This document shows, piece by piece, positions 10,870 to 19,723 of a DNA stretch of 64,000 nt. The position numbers and the translations under genes are program-made. Position 1 is the first letter of the stretch; every line of letters begins with the position of its first letter. Below the pieces are notes generated by a model. That model ran no database searches. It saw only the letters and a program-made list of their open reading frames with translations, and had not been told where the DNA came from. This DNA comes from a bacterium (GTDB taxonomy: Bacteria; UBA8248; JACPRG01; G963555815), in the NCBI GenBank assembly GCA_963555815.3, contig CAUVWX020000001.1, positions 64,001 through 128,000 on the forward strand, written 5' to 3'.

Positions 10870-11255
10870 CGTCGCTCTACGCTCCTCCTGGCTGTTTTAT
10901 CCCTGGACCTGCCTGAGAGAAAAAGAAACTCCTGATCTTATAGATATCCATTTAGATGCCCATCGTCCACATCTACCGCCATCTATCGCCGAGAACCTGA
11001 ACACCAAAATGCCAGAGAGCCCTGGCCCCTGCAAGACGGAATTGAAAGGCGAGGGTTGATCCCATACTCACTCATTGAACGCTTCAGCCTGGGGGGGCAA
11101 ATGCGTGCGAAAACCCGATGACTGGCAGAGCCGACTTGACGGCGAGTGTACCACAATATGGGTCTCTTCAATGGGGGAAATCGAGCGTGATCGTCACCCC
11201 CCCTTTTTTGCCCATATGCGCTTTACAGCGTCGTTTCGCCCAGCCTGACGTCTGC

Positions 11256-11284
11256 TTGACTGCGCCCCCAGGACTCCCTAGAAT
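11256..11284 (+). promoter_or_regulatory. Sigma70-type promoter for mqnEAC
   Basis: TTGACT-17 nt-TAGAAT, 36 nt before the mqnE ATG. Confidence 0.7.
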
Positions 11285-11320
11285 TCGACCCATTGATTAA
11301 CTCACAAATTCGAGGCTCCC

Positions 11321-12427
11321 ATGCCGCCCATCACCGACGCCCCGCCACGATTGAGAGACCACCGACTCCTCTCCGTCTGGGAGAAAGTCCAGGCGGACGA
11401 GCGGCTCTCAAGGGATGAAGGACTTCTGCTGTTCCAGACCGAGGACCTTCTGGGTCTCGGGCAGATGGCCAATTTCGTCAAGCGGCGGCGCGTCGGGGAC
11501 TGGGTCTTTTTCGTTATCAACCGTTACATCAACCCCACCAATGTCTGCGTGCTCTCCTGTAAGTTCTGCGACTTTGCCAAAAAGAAGGGCGACGCCGGTG
11601 CCTTCGAGCACAGCGTCGAGGAAATACTGGGGATGATCAAGGACGGAGTCCGGGAGGTCCACATCGTGGGCGGCCACCACCCGGACTGGCCTTTCGAGTA
11701 TTACGAGGGCCTCATCCAGACCATCCACGACCACCACCCCCAGGCCCAGATCAAGGCCTTCACTGCCGTCGAGATCGACTACTTCTATCGGCGGTGGAAG
11801 ATACCACCGGAGGACGCGTTGACCCGCCTCAAGGCGGCCGGGCTTCACTCGATGCCCGGAGGGGGCGCCGAGATCTTCTCCAAGCGGATCCAGAAGGCCC
11901 TCGACTACACGGGCAAGGCGGGCGCCGAACGCTGGTGCGAGATCCACGGCATTGCCCATCGCCTGGGCCTGCGGACCAACGCCACCATGCTCTACGGCCA
12001 CATCGAGACCCCGGCTGAGCGCGTGGACCACCTTCTTCGCCTCCGGGCCCAGCAGGATGAGAGCGGCGGTTTCCTGACTTTCATCCCGCTCTCCTACCAG
12101 GTGGGAAACACAAAGCTGGTTCCCCGCCAGACCCCACCGACGGATGACCTCCGCACCGTCGCGGCCTCGCGCCTCCTTCTCGACAACTTTCCCCACGTTG
12201 AGGCCTACTGGGTAATGATTGGCGAGGCGACGGCCTCGGTGGCCCTCCACTTCGGCGCCGACGACGTCAACGGCACGTTGGAAGACGAGAGGATCGCCCA
12301 CGCGGCAGGGGCGGAAAGCCCTGCGGGCCTTGTGCGGGAACAGCTCTTGCGGATGATTCGCGACGCCGGGAAAACCCCCGTCGAGCGCGATGCGCTCTAC
12401 AACGTCGTCAAGATTTGGAACCCGTAA
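11321..12427 (+). CDS. mqnE: Aminofutalosine synthase (radical SAM)
   Basis: NPTNVCVLSCKFC, EVHIVGG, MPGGGAEIF, NATMLYGHIET, HVEAYW. Confidence 0.9.
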   Translation: MPPITDAPPRLRDHRLLSVWEKVQADERLSRDEGLLLFQTEDLLGLGQMANFVKRRRVGDWVFFVINRYINPTNVCVLSCKFCDFAKKKGDAGAFEHSVEEILGMIKDGVREVHIVGGHHPDWPFEYYEGLIQTIHDHHPQAQIKAFTAVEIDYFYRRWKIPPEDALTRLKAAGLHSMPGGGAEIFSKRIQKALDYTGKAGAERWCEIHGIAHRLGLRTNATMLYGHIETPAERVDHLLRLRAQQDESGGFLTFIPLSYQVGNTKLVPRQTPPTDDLRTVAASRLLLDNFPHVEAYWVMIGEATASVALHFGADDVNGTLEDERIAHAAGAESPAGLVREQLLRMIRDAGKTPVERDALYNVVKIWNP

Positions 12428-12430
12428 CCC

Positions 12431-13177
12431 ATGCTCAAGATTGGGCACGTCCCGTACCTCAACTGTGAGCCGTTTTTCGCCTTCCTGTCAGGGTTCGAAC
12501 TCTCCCGGTTGAACCCCCGGATGCTCGGGCGTGCGGTGGCCGAGGGCACCGTTGACGCAGGTCCGCTCTCGCTGGTGGATTTCCTGAGATCGGATCTGGA
12601 ACTAACGCCACTCCCTTTTGGCATCGCCACCCGGGGCGCGGCCGGGAGCGTTTTACTCTTCTCACACCGACCACTTTCTGAGCTCGGCGGCGCGGTGCTC
12701 GGCGTCACCCCTGAGACCTGCACGTCCGTTGAGCTCCTCAGGATTCTCCTCACCCTAAAATATGAAGCCGTCCCTCGCGCATGGGTCGGGCTCGATGAGC
12801 CCTGCGATGCGGTGCTCTTCATCGGCGACCAGGCGATCCGGACGCTCAAGTCCCGCCCCCAGTTCCCCCACGTCATGGACCTCGCAAGCGAGTGGGTCTC
12901 GTGGACGGGGCTTCCCTGCGTCTTCGCCCGCTGGGCGGTGCGAGCCTCGGTTCCTGAGACGGAACAGATCGCCCTTCGGGACGCCCTCAGCGAGGCGCTG
13001 GACCGAGGCCTCGCGACACTTCCCCAGATCGCTCAAACCCGCCGCGACACAGGATTCAGCGAAGCTGAGGTGGTGAACTACCTGAAGGGGTTCACATATC
13101 GACTGGGGGACGAAGCGGAAAAAGCCATCGCCGAGTTCAGCCGACTCCTGAGCCTGGTGGAGGAACGGCGGTGCTGA
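12431..13177 (+). CDS. mqnA: Chorismate dehydratase
   Basis: IGHVPYLNCEP, GSVLLFS, LFIGDQA, WTGLPCVFARW. Confidence 0.88.
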   Translation: MLKIGHVPYLNCEPFFAFLSGFELSRLNPRMLGRAVAEGTVDAGPLSLVDFLRSDLELTPLPFGIATRGAAGSVLLFSHRPLSELGGAVLGVTPETCTSVELLRILLTLKYEAVPRAWVGLDEPCDAVLFIGDQAIRTLKSRPQFPHVMDLASEWVSWTGLPCVFARWAVRASVPETEQIALRDALSEALDRGLATLPQIAQTRRDTGFSEAEVVNYLKGFTYRLGDEAEKAIAEFSRLLSLVEERRC

Positions 13178-14244
13178 GCGAGATCCAGGCCAAGGTGAAC
13201 GCCGGCGAGCGGATTGCGCGCACGGAGGGGCTCTGGCTCCTCAGAGAGGCCCCTCTCTTGGAGCTCGGGGCCCTAGCACAGGAGATGCGTTTCAGACTCA
13301 TCCCCGAGCCGCGCATTACGTTTGTCATCGACAGCAATCCTAACTACACCAACGTCTGCATCACCGACTGCCAGTTCTGTGCCTTCTACCGAAAGCCCGG
13401 CCACCCGGAGGCCTACACGCTCACGGTGGAGGAGGTGCTCAAAAAGGTCGAGTTCGCCGCCGAGCGAGGCGCGACGACCGTCCTCTTGCAGGGCGGCCAC
13501 AATCCGGAACTCCCCCTGGAATACTATCTGGCGCTGGTCCGGGAGACCCGCCGCCGTTTTCCCCAGGTCACGCCCCACTTCTTCACCGCCTCGGAGATCC
13601 AGACCATCAGTCAAGTGGCCAAGCTCGGCGTGAGAGAGGTCCTGTCCTGTCTGAAGGAGGCGGGCCAGTACTCCCTGCCCGGCGGCGGCGCCGAGGTGCT
13701 CTCAGAAAAGGCGCGAAAGCGGATCGAGCCCAAGAAGGGCGGGCCGCAAGCCTGGCTCGAGGTCCACCGGGAGGCCCACCGACTCGGCTTCAAGTCCACC
13801 GCCACGATGATGTACGGTCACGTGGAGGGACCCGATGACATCCTCGATCACCTGGACGCCATCCGCGATCTCCAGGACGAGCAGGCGGGCTTCACCGCCT
13901 TCGTCCCCTGGTCTTTCAAGCCGGAAAACACGCTTTTGCGGAAATGGATCAAGCACTACGTCGGGCCGAATCAGTATCTCCGCATGCTGGCGGTGTCACG
14001 TCTCTACTTGGACAACTTCCCCCATATTCAGGCCTCCTGGTTCTCCGAAGGCAAGCGCGCCGGGCAGCTGGCGCTCCATTTTGGGGCGGACGACTTCGGC
14101 GGCACCCTCTTCGAGGAGAACGTGCACGCCGCCGCTGAGTTTGTGAACAAGACGACAGTGGACGAGGTTTGTAGCCTGATTCACGATGCCGGCTTCACCC
14201 CTGTCCAGCGCACGACCCTCTATGAGATCCTGAAGGTCTACTAA
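13171..14244 (+). CDS. mqnC: Cyclic dehypoxanthine futalosine synthase (radical SAM)
   Basis: NYTNVCITDCQFCAF, LLQGGHNP, LDNFPHIQASW, EENV. Confidence 0.92.
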   Translation: MLSEIQAKVNAGERIARTEGLWLLREAPLLELGALAQEMRFRLIPEPRITFVIDSNPNYTNVCITDCQFCAFYRKPGHPEAYTLTVEEVLKKVEFAAERGATTVLLQGGHNPELPLEYYLALVRETRRRFPQVTPHFFTASEIQTISQVAKLGVREVLSCLKEAGQYSLPGGGAEVLSEKARKRIEPKKGGPQAWLEVHREAHRLGFKSTATMMYGHVEGPDDILDHLDAIRDLQDEQAGFTAFVPWSFKPENTLLRKWIKHYVGPNQYLRMLAVSRLYLDNFPHIQASWFSEGKRAGQLALHFGADDFGGTLFEENVHAAAEFVNKTTVDEVCSLIHDAGFTPVQRTTLYEILKVY

Positions 14245-14245
14245 C

Positions 14246-15073
14246 TTAGACCGGATCCAGCGGCGGGATTTCGGGGGCGAAACCTTTTGCCTGAGCAGAC
14301 GAGAAGAGCCGCTCCAGGGCTTGCCGCCCCTCGGCCCCCAGCGTCACGGTGTAGTTGTTGACGTACATGAGGACGAAGCGCCGGCAGGTCTCCTTGTCGA
14401 TACCACGGCCGAACTGCATGGCGTACTCAAGGGCCTCATCCTCGTGGGAGTGGGCATACCCGATGGAACGACGGAGCGCCTCCGACAGCGTGGCCCCCAC
14501 GGTCTCCCCTAGATCACGCCGCACCACGTTAATCCCCAGAGGCAGCGGGAGGCGGGTTTCCCGTCCCCACTTCTTACCGAGGTCCAACACCTTGTGGAGA
14601 CCCATCGCCTGATAGGTAATCTGCCCTTCGTGGATGAGAAGCCCCAGCTCGGCCCGTCCCTCCAGGACCGTCTGTGGGATCTGATCGAAGGTCACCTCGA
14701 TAAACGGGGGGTCTCCGCAGTAGAGCCGGAGCAGGAGCGCCGCCGTGGTGTACCTGCCGGGGACGGCCACCGATCGGCCTGGAATCTCCCGCGGGTCCAT
14801 TGGCTCTCGAGCCACCAGGATCGGCCCGTACCCCTTCCCCATGGAGGCGCCGGGATCCATCACCCGGTACCGATCGGCCACCACGGCATAGGTGGCCGCG
14901 GAGATCGCAGTGACCTCGAGCTCCGCTGCGCGGGCCCGCCGGTTGAGGGACTCAATATCCTCAAGGACGTAGCGAATCTCGCACCCTTCCACCTGCACCT
15001 TCCCCGCGGTGAGGGCGTAAAACATAAAGGCGTCGTCGGGGTCCGGGCTGTGTCCGATCCGAATGATGGTCAT
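14246..15073 (-). CDS. mqnD: 1,4-dihydroxy-6-naphthoate synthase
   Basis: GHSPDPDDAFMF, DIESLN, LIHEGQ, LPLPLG, MYVN. Confidence 0.92.
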   Translation of the reverse strand: MTIIRIGHSPDPDDAFMFYALTAGKVQVEGCEIRYVLEDIESLNRRARAAELEVTAISAATYAVVADRYRVMDPGASMGKGYGPILVAREPMDPREIPGRSVAVPGRYTTAALLLRLYCGDPPFIEVTFDQIPQTVLEGRAELGLLIHEGQITYQAMGLHKVLDLGKKWGRETRLPLPLGINVVRRDLGETVGATLSEALRRSIGYAHSHEDEALEYAMQFGRGIDKETCRRFVLMYVNNYTVTLGAEGRQALERLFSSAQAKGFAPEIPPLDPV

Positions 15074-15258
15074 CCGATGTCTCCACAAAGACTGCGATCT
15101 GAGAGAGGATTTCTAAAACCGCGCAGCGGTCTTGGCGCGAAAAGGTTACCACGAGGCCATGGCGAACGACATGGTCCACCTTTTACGAGCCTCGTGGGGA
15201 CGGGCGCCGAGGCCGAGACTAGAGGGCGCCCGTATCTTGAAAAAGAGGCACAACCGTT

Positions 15259-15547
15259 TTGAAGATCACCGCCGTCCGCCTAACACCTTTTGAGGCGCCC
15301 ATCTCGGGGGGGGCACGTCCGGACCTACGCAGAGGTAGAGCTGGAGGGCGTCCTCCTCCTGAGAGGAATCCGGGTGATTGAGAGGGAGAACGGGGGATGG
15401 TTTCTCGGCTACCCTTCTCAAAAGACGCGAGGTGGGCAACAGGACATGGTCGTGCCTATGGATAGAGACCTCAAGGCCTCCATCCGAGAGGCCGTGCTCT
15501 CGGCCTACCACCAGGTTTGCCAAGAACCGCCCGGGCAAAAACCTTAG
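15259..15547 (+). CDS. SpoVG-family nucleic-acid-binding protein, frameshifted at a G8 run
   Basis: AGAGG RBS then TTG 15259 MKITAVRLTPFEAPISGG; continues in another frame as HVRTYAEV..IRVIE..FLGYPS..IREAVLSAY; shift at 15306-15313. Confidence 0.75.
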
Positions 15548-16401
15548 AGGAGACCCCTCAGGATGAGGGTGGCCCCCACTAAGGTGAAGAGGAGAAAGAG
15601 GACAACCCGGATGGTCCCAGGGTTGAGGTGGCGGTTGATGAGGGGGGCGATCTGGCCTCCCAAGAGGACCGCCGGGACGCACATGGCGGCGATGTTCCAC
15701 GGGACCTGAAAGTCGGCGATCCCCGTTCCGGTGACATAAAGCCTCGTTGCAACAGCCGCCGTCACCGTCCCCATCACAATCGGGACAGCCGTCGCCACAG
15801 CCACCCGAGGCGGCATCTTTTGCCCGACCACAAAATAGGTGGTCTTGAACTCCCCCACCCCAATCCCCACAAGACCCACGAAGAGGCCCCCAAGGGCTGA
15901 GATGAAGACCCCCAACGGGGTCCGCCTGAAGGCATAAACGTAGAGGCGGCCCTGAGAATCCGAAAGTCGTCTGACATAGGGCGAGGACTCGGGATCGAAC
16001 TGGGCCTCAGTCTTTAGGTGCGCAGAGAACATCAAGGCGGCCAGCGTGAGCAGGGTTAAACCCAGAACGAAGAGGAGGATCCCCTCAGGAATTCGATGGG
16101 CAAAGAGAGAGATGAGGACCGAAACGGGGACGCTCACCGCCAGGACGAAGCCCATGATGGGAAAGTCGATGACCTTCTGTCGCAAGTATCCCCAAGTGGC
16201 GCTCCCGAACCCAAAAACCTCAATGATGAGGCTGAGGAAGATAGCTTCCACCGGATGGATCACCTTCCCGCTAATCAGGGGAAGAACTAAGATGAAAAAT
16301 GGGGTGAACAACACGGCTCCCTCCACACTGGAGATTCAGGCCAGCAGTCAGAAGCCGATAGCGATGGGAAACATGTACCAGAACTCAAACCAATATTCCA
16401 C
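15544..16401 (-). CDS. TSUP (TauE/SafE) family transporter, candidate selenoprotein with two in-frame UGA
   Basis: GGGGTGAG RBS and GTG at 16401; MEYWFEFWYMFPIAIGF-TGA-LLA-TGA-ISSVEGAVLFTPFF in frame with the 260-aa ORF; GLVGIGVGE, AVATA, LGGQIAP motifs. Confidence 0.8.
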
Positions 16402-16478
16402 TAAGTCTCACCCCCTTTCTGTTTGAATCTTTTAGATCAGAACCCGGGCTCCATCAGGACTCTTCGTCTAGAGGAAGC

Positions 16479-16931
16479 TCACCGGTAGAGTCTACCATCC
16501 TCGGTGACGATCCATCCGCCGATTTCTCCCCGGGGCTGGCCCCTCGGCTGGTGGGTGAAGTGGAGGAGCCCGCCTTTTTCATTCCAGCGATATTCCCCAC
16601 GGACCCTGAGCCAGTCCCCTCCGCTCAGCGGGACGGCAGTGGAGACGGCAATGTTGTGCAGGACGAGGAGCGTGTGCCCCGAGGGAAGACGAAGGATGAA
16701 GCGCTGATGGGGAGCGCCTTCCCTGTCCTCAGAGAGGATCCGTAGGACCTGCCCCTCGGCCGTGAGGAAGACACCAGAGAGCTTTCGACTGAAGGCCTCC
16801 TCGGCTTGAAGTCTCGCCCTCTGGCCCCAGGCCACAGGAGGAGAAAGGGAGAAAATGCCTCCTCCCCCAAGAGGCCACAAGGCGAGGAGAAGGACAAGAG
16901 TGCTCTTTTTCGATAAAGACCGAGGGTTCAC
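16479..16931 (-). CDS. DUF3465-like exported protein
   Basis: Signal-like N-terminus; HQRFIL, HNI, GEYRWNEKGGLLHFTH, GGW. Confidence 0.75.
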   Translation of the reverse strand: MNPRSLSKKSTLVLLLALWPLGGGGIFSLSPPVAWGQRARLQAEEAFSRKLSGVFLTAEGQVLRILSEDREGAPHQRFILRLPSGHTLLVLHNIAVSTAVPLSGGDWLRVRGEYRWNEKGGLLHFTHQPRGQPRGEIGGWIVTEDGRLYR

Positions 16932-17836
16932 CGCCCAACCTCACACAGAGAGATATCTTTCTTTCGCTCTGCGATAATCTCAAAGGATTTTCCGTCTGAC
17001 TGGACAATGATCGTGCCGTCCCGGCCCGTCCAGCAGACGACCGCCCCTTCTTCCTCAAGAGAGTCGAGGATCTCTGAGGAGGGAGGCCCCACGGGATCCC
17101 CCGGCCCGTTGGTGATGATGGCCATTTTGGGCATGACCGCCCGAAGGAACTCACCGTCAAAATCCCCGCTGAATCCATGGTGACTCACCTTCAGAACGTC
17201 GCTCTCCAGATCCCTTCCCAGACCCTTGAGGAGCGCCTGTTTTCTCCCCCTCCCGATGTCGCCTGTGAAGAGGAAACGGACGGCGCCATAAGTCGCTCGG
17301 ATGACCAAGGAGTCCTCATTGAGGTCACCCCAAAGGGGATCTGCCGGGGAGAGGACCTCAAGCCTGAGTCCTGCCGGATGGTCCCAGATCTCCCCACTTC
17401 GGACGACCTTCGCGCGGCTCCTCACCTGCCTCACCTCTCTGCGCGCCTCTTCAGTGTCTCCGTCCGCCCCATTCTCCCACACCTCATCGGCTGGAAATAA
17501 GCGGAGAGTCTTCGCTATCCCTCCAAGATGATCGCGATGGGGGTGAGTGGCAATGGCGAGGGACAACCTCTTTACCCCAACCTTCATCAGATAGGCCCGG
17601 ACTTCTTGCCAGCGCTCCGGATGGCAGCCATCGAGGAGCACAGGCCGGCCCTGAGCGGGCTCAAGGAGGATGCAGTCGCCTCGCCCCACGTCCAGGAAGT
17701 GGACACGAAGGGGGACGTGCCCCGCACCCACCAGCGGGAGGGCCAGCAGGGCTAACGCGAGGCGAAGAGACAAAAAGGGGGAGGGTCGTGTTTGGATTCG
17801 AGGCCAGAGGAACCTTCGAAAAGGTCCCTGTTGCAT
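16928..17836 (-). CDS. ComEC/Rec2-type metallo-beta-lactamase fold protein
   Basis: HFLDVGRGD, THPHRDHLGG, NEDS, LFTGD, LKVSHHG. Confidence 0.85.
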   Translation of the reverse strand: MQQGPFRRFLWPRIQTRPSPFLSLRLALALLALPLVGAGHVPLRVHFLDVGRGDCILLEPAQGRPVLLDGCHPERWQEVRAYLMKVGVKRLSLAIATHPHRDHLGGIAKTLRLFPADEVWENGADGDTEEARREVRQVRSRAKVVRSGEIWDHPAGLRLEVLSPADPLWGDLNEDSLVIRATYGAVRFLFTGDIGRGRKQALLKGLGRDLESDVLKVSHHGFSGDFDGEFLRAVMPKMAIITNGPGDPVGPPSSEILDSLEEEGAVVCWTGRDGTIIVQSDGKSFEIIAERKKDISLCEVGR

Positions 17837-17840
17837 CTCG

Positions 17841-19304
17841 TCAATCCGATTCGATTTTGCCGACCCGCGCGGCTGGCTTGAACCCCTGAGCCTCGGCCTC
17901 TTCTCGAGAAGAGAAAAAGACCCACTTCCCGCTCTCCAAAGAGAGGGACCCATCCACTGGCCGGTAGCGGCGGCTCTTCAGGTGGCCCACATAGGCCGGC
18001 TGGAGGTCCGTATCACAATAGACGCACCGCAACCGAGGGGAAGCGTCTCCTGTGGGTTTCCCCTTTCGCGAGGGTCGGGCCTCCTCCAGGACCCAGAACT
18101 CAGGGACGGCGTACGAGCTCTCGTGGACGGAGATACACCGGTCGTTCTCGCATCGAACGCCGATGGGGCTGCGGTAGATCGGGGGCCCGTCTCCTGCGCC
18201 CGGAGAAACCGCGCGGCTTTTAGCCGCTATCGCCTTCGGCTCGGGATGGGCTCCCAGGAGGAGGGAGAGCAGGGCCATTCGAACGGGGACTCCCCGGGCG
18301 GCCTGTTCGAAGTAGCGGCTCCTCGGGTCGGAGTCAATCTCACGAGAGAGCTCGTCCACCCGCGGAAGGGGGTGAAGAACCAGGGTCTCCTTGAAGGGTT
18401 TCCCTTGCAGGAAGGCCTTGTCCACGATGGGATAGTCCTGCCCGGGGGTGGCCCCCTCCCCGGTTGCTTTCGCGTCATGAGGGGCTTCGAAACGCTCCTT
18501 CTGTGCGCGAGTCACGTAGAGGGCATCTATGCGGGAGGCGATCTCGGGGATGCTCTCCTCCACCTCTGTAAAGAGAGAGAGCTGGTGAGGGCGGCTAGGG
18601 GTCAGGACCACCACGTCGGAACCTGAGAGGGCCGAGCGGACATCTCCGCCCCGACGAGCCTGACCAAATCGGGAGACCTCGGGGCGACACCCATAGTCCA
18701 CCTGGAGTTTTTGCTTCACATCGTCGGGGAGCCCCAATCCCTTCCCCGGCAGACAGAGGATGTTGGCCCCAAAGCGGGCCAGGGCGTAGGCGAGGGAATG
18801 GATGGTCCGGCCATGGAGGAGGTCACCACAAAGGGCAACGTTCAGGCCAGCCAGCTGACCCTTGTCCCGTCTCAAGGTGTAGAGGTCGCAAAGTGTCTGG
18901 GTGGGATGCTCGTGACCGCCGTCTCCCCCGTTAATCACAGGGGCGTCGGAGAAGTCTGCCATCAGCCGGGCAGAGCCTTCCCATGGATGCCGAACGACGA
19001 CGACGTCGGCGTAGTGGCCGACGACGCGCGCCGTGTCGGCCAGGCTCTCCCCCTTGGCAAGAGAGGTGGTCCTCATCTCCGCCACACTGATGATCTTTCC
19101 CCCCAGGCGGCAGATGGCCGCCTCGAAGGACAGACGCGTCCGCGTGCTGGGCTCGAAGAAGAGTGTGGCCAGGATGGCGCCGGGACACCGGTGGGCTTGG
19201 TCCCGGATCCCCTCCTCCATCTCCGTGGCGACGGTGAGGACGGTCTCGATCTCAGCGTTGGTGAGATCGTCTATCCGGATGAGGTCTCGACTTTGAAGGC
19301 TCAT
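17841..19304 (-). CDS. pyrB: Aspartate carbamoyltransferase catalytic chain fused to a PyrI-like Zn domain
   Basis: FFEPSTRTRLSF, HPTQTLCD, YVTRAQKERF, HPLPR; C-terminal CENDRC..RCVYCD. Confidence 0.9.
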   Translation of the reverse strand: MSLQSRDLIRIDDLTNAEIETVLTVATEMEEGIRDQAHRCPGAILATLFFEPSTRTRLSFEAAICRLGGKIISVAEMRTTSLAKGESLADTARVVGHYADVVVVRHPWEGSARLMADFSDAPVINGGDGGHEHPTQTLCDLYTLRRDKGQLAGLNVALCGDLLHGRTIHSLAYALARFGANILCLPGKGLGLPDDVKQKLQVDYGCRPEVSRFGQARRGGDVRSALSGSDVVVLTPSRPHQLSLFTEVEESIPEIASRIDALYVTRAQKERFEAPHDAKATGEGATPGQDYPIVDKAFLQGKPFKETLVLHPLPRVDELSREIDSDPRSRYFEQAARGVPVRMALLSLLLGAHPEPKAIAAKSRAVSPGAGDGPPIYRSPIGVRCENDRCISVHESSYAVPEFWVLEEARPSRKGKPTGDASPRLRCVYCDTDLQPAYVGHLKSRRYRPVDGSLSLESGKWVFFSSREEAEAQGFKPAARVGKIESD

Positions 19305-19455
19305 TGTCCCACTTCTTGATTCACCCACTGCCGCTCAAAAAAAACCCCTCACCGCTTATTGCGCGAGGGAATTTCCCCTTCCGGTGGCCTCTCGGGAGCC
19401 GCGATCCCTCAGCCCATCCAAGCGTTCAGCGCGCGCCCTTTAGGACTGCCCGGTC

Positions 19456-19716
19456 TCAACCCTCCTTGCGCCGCTCCTTGAGGACACGATACTCCACCTT
19501 TCTTCCCTTTGGCGATGATTCCAAGGGAAGCGAGGTGACCTCCAAAAGGAGGTATCGCCCCCACGTCTCTACGGTGACCTTGTCTCCCAGCCGAAGATCT
19601 TTGCCCGCCTTGGCCAAGTGGCCATTCACCCGAATGGCCCCCGCCTCGCAAAACTCTCTCGCCAAGCTTCGCCGCTTAACGAGCCCCGCCGCCTTCAGAT
19701 AGGCGTCCAGGCGCAT
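19456..19716 (-). CDS. S4-domain RNA-binding protein (HslR/RqcP-like)
   Basis: MRLDAYLK..VKRRSLAREFCEAG..VNG..GDKV. Confidence 0.88.
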   Translation of the reverse strand: MRLDAYLKAAGLVKRRSLAREFCEAGAIRVNGHLAKAGKDLRLGDKVTVETWGRYLLLEVTSLPLESSPKGRKVEYRVLKERRKEG

Positions 19717-19723
19717 GCGGGCC

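Noticed and set aside
10880..11030. Glycine riboswitch upstream of gcvH (CTCTCAGG and CTCTCTGG on the minus strand)
   Set aside because: The other conserved core segments (GGAGA, CCGAAG) and pairing could not be found.
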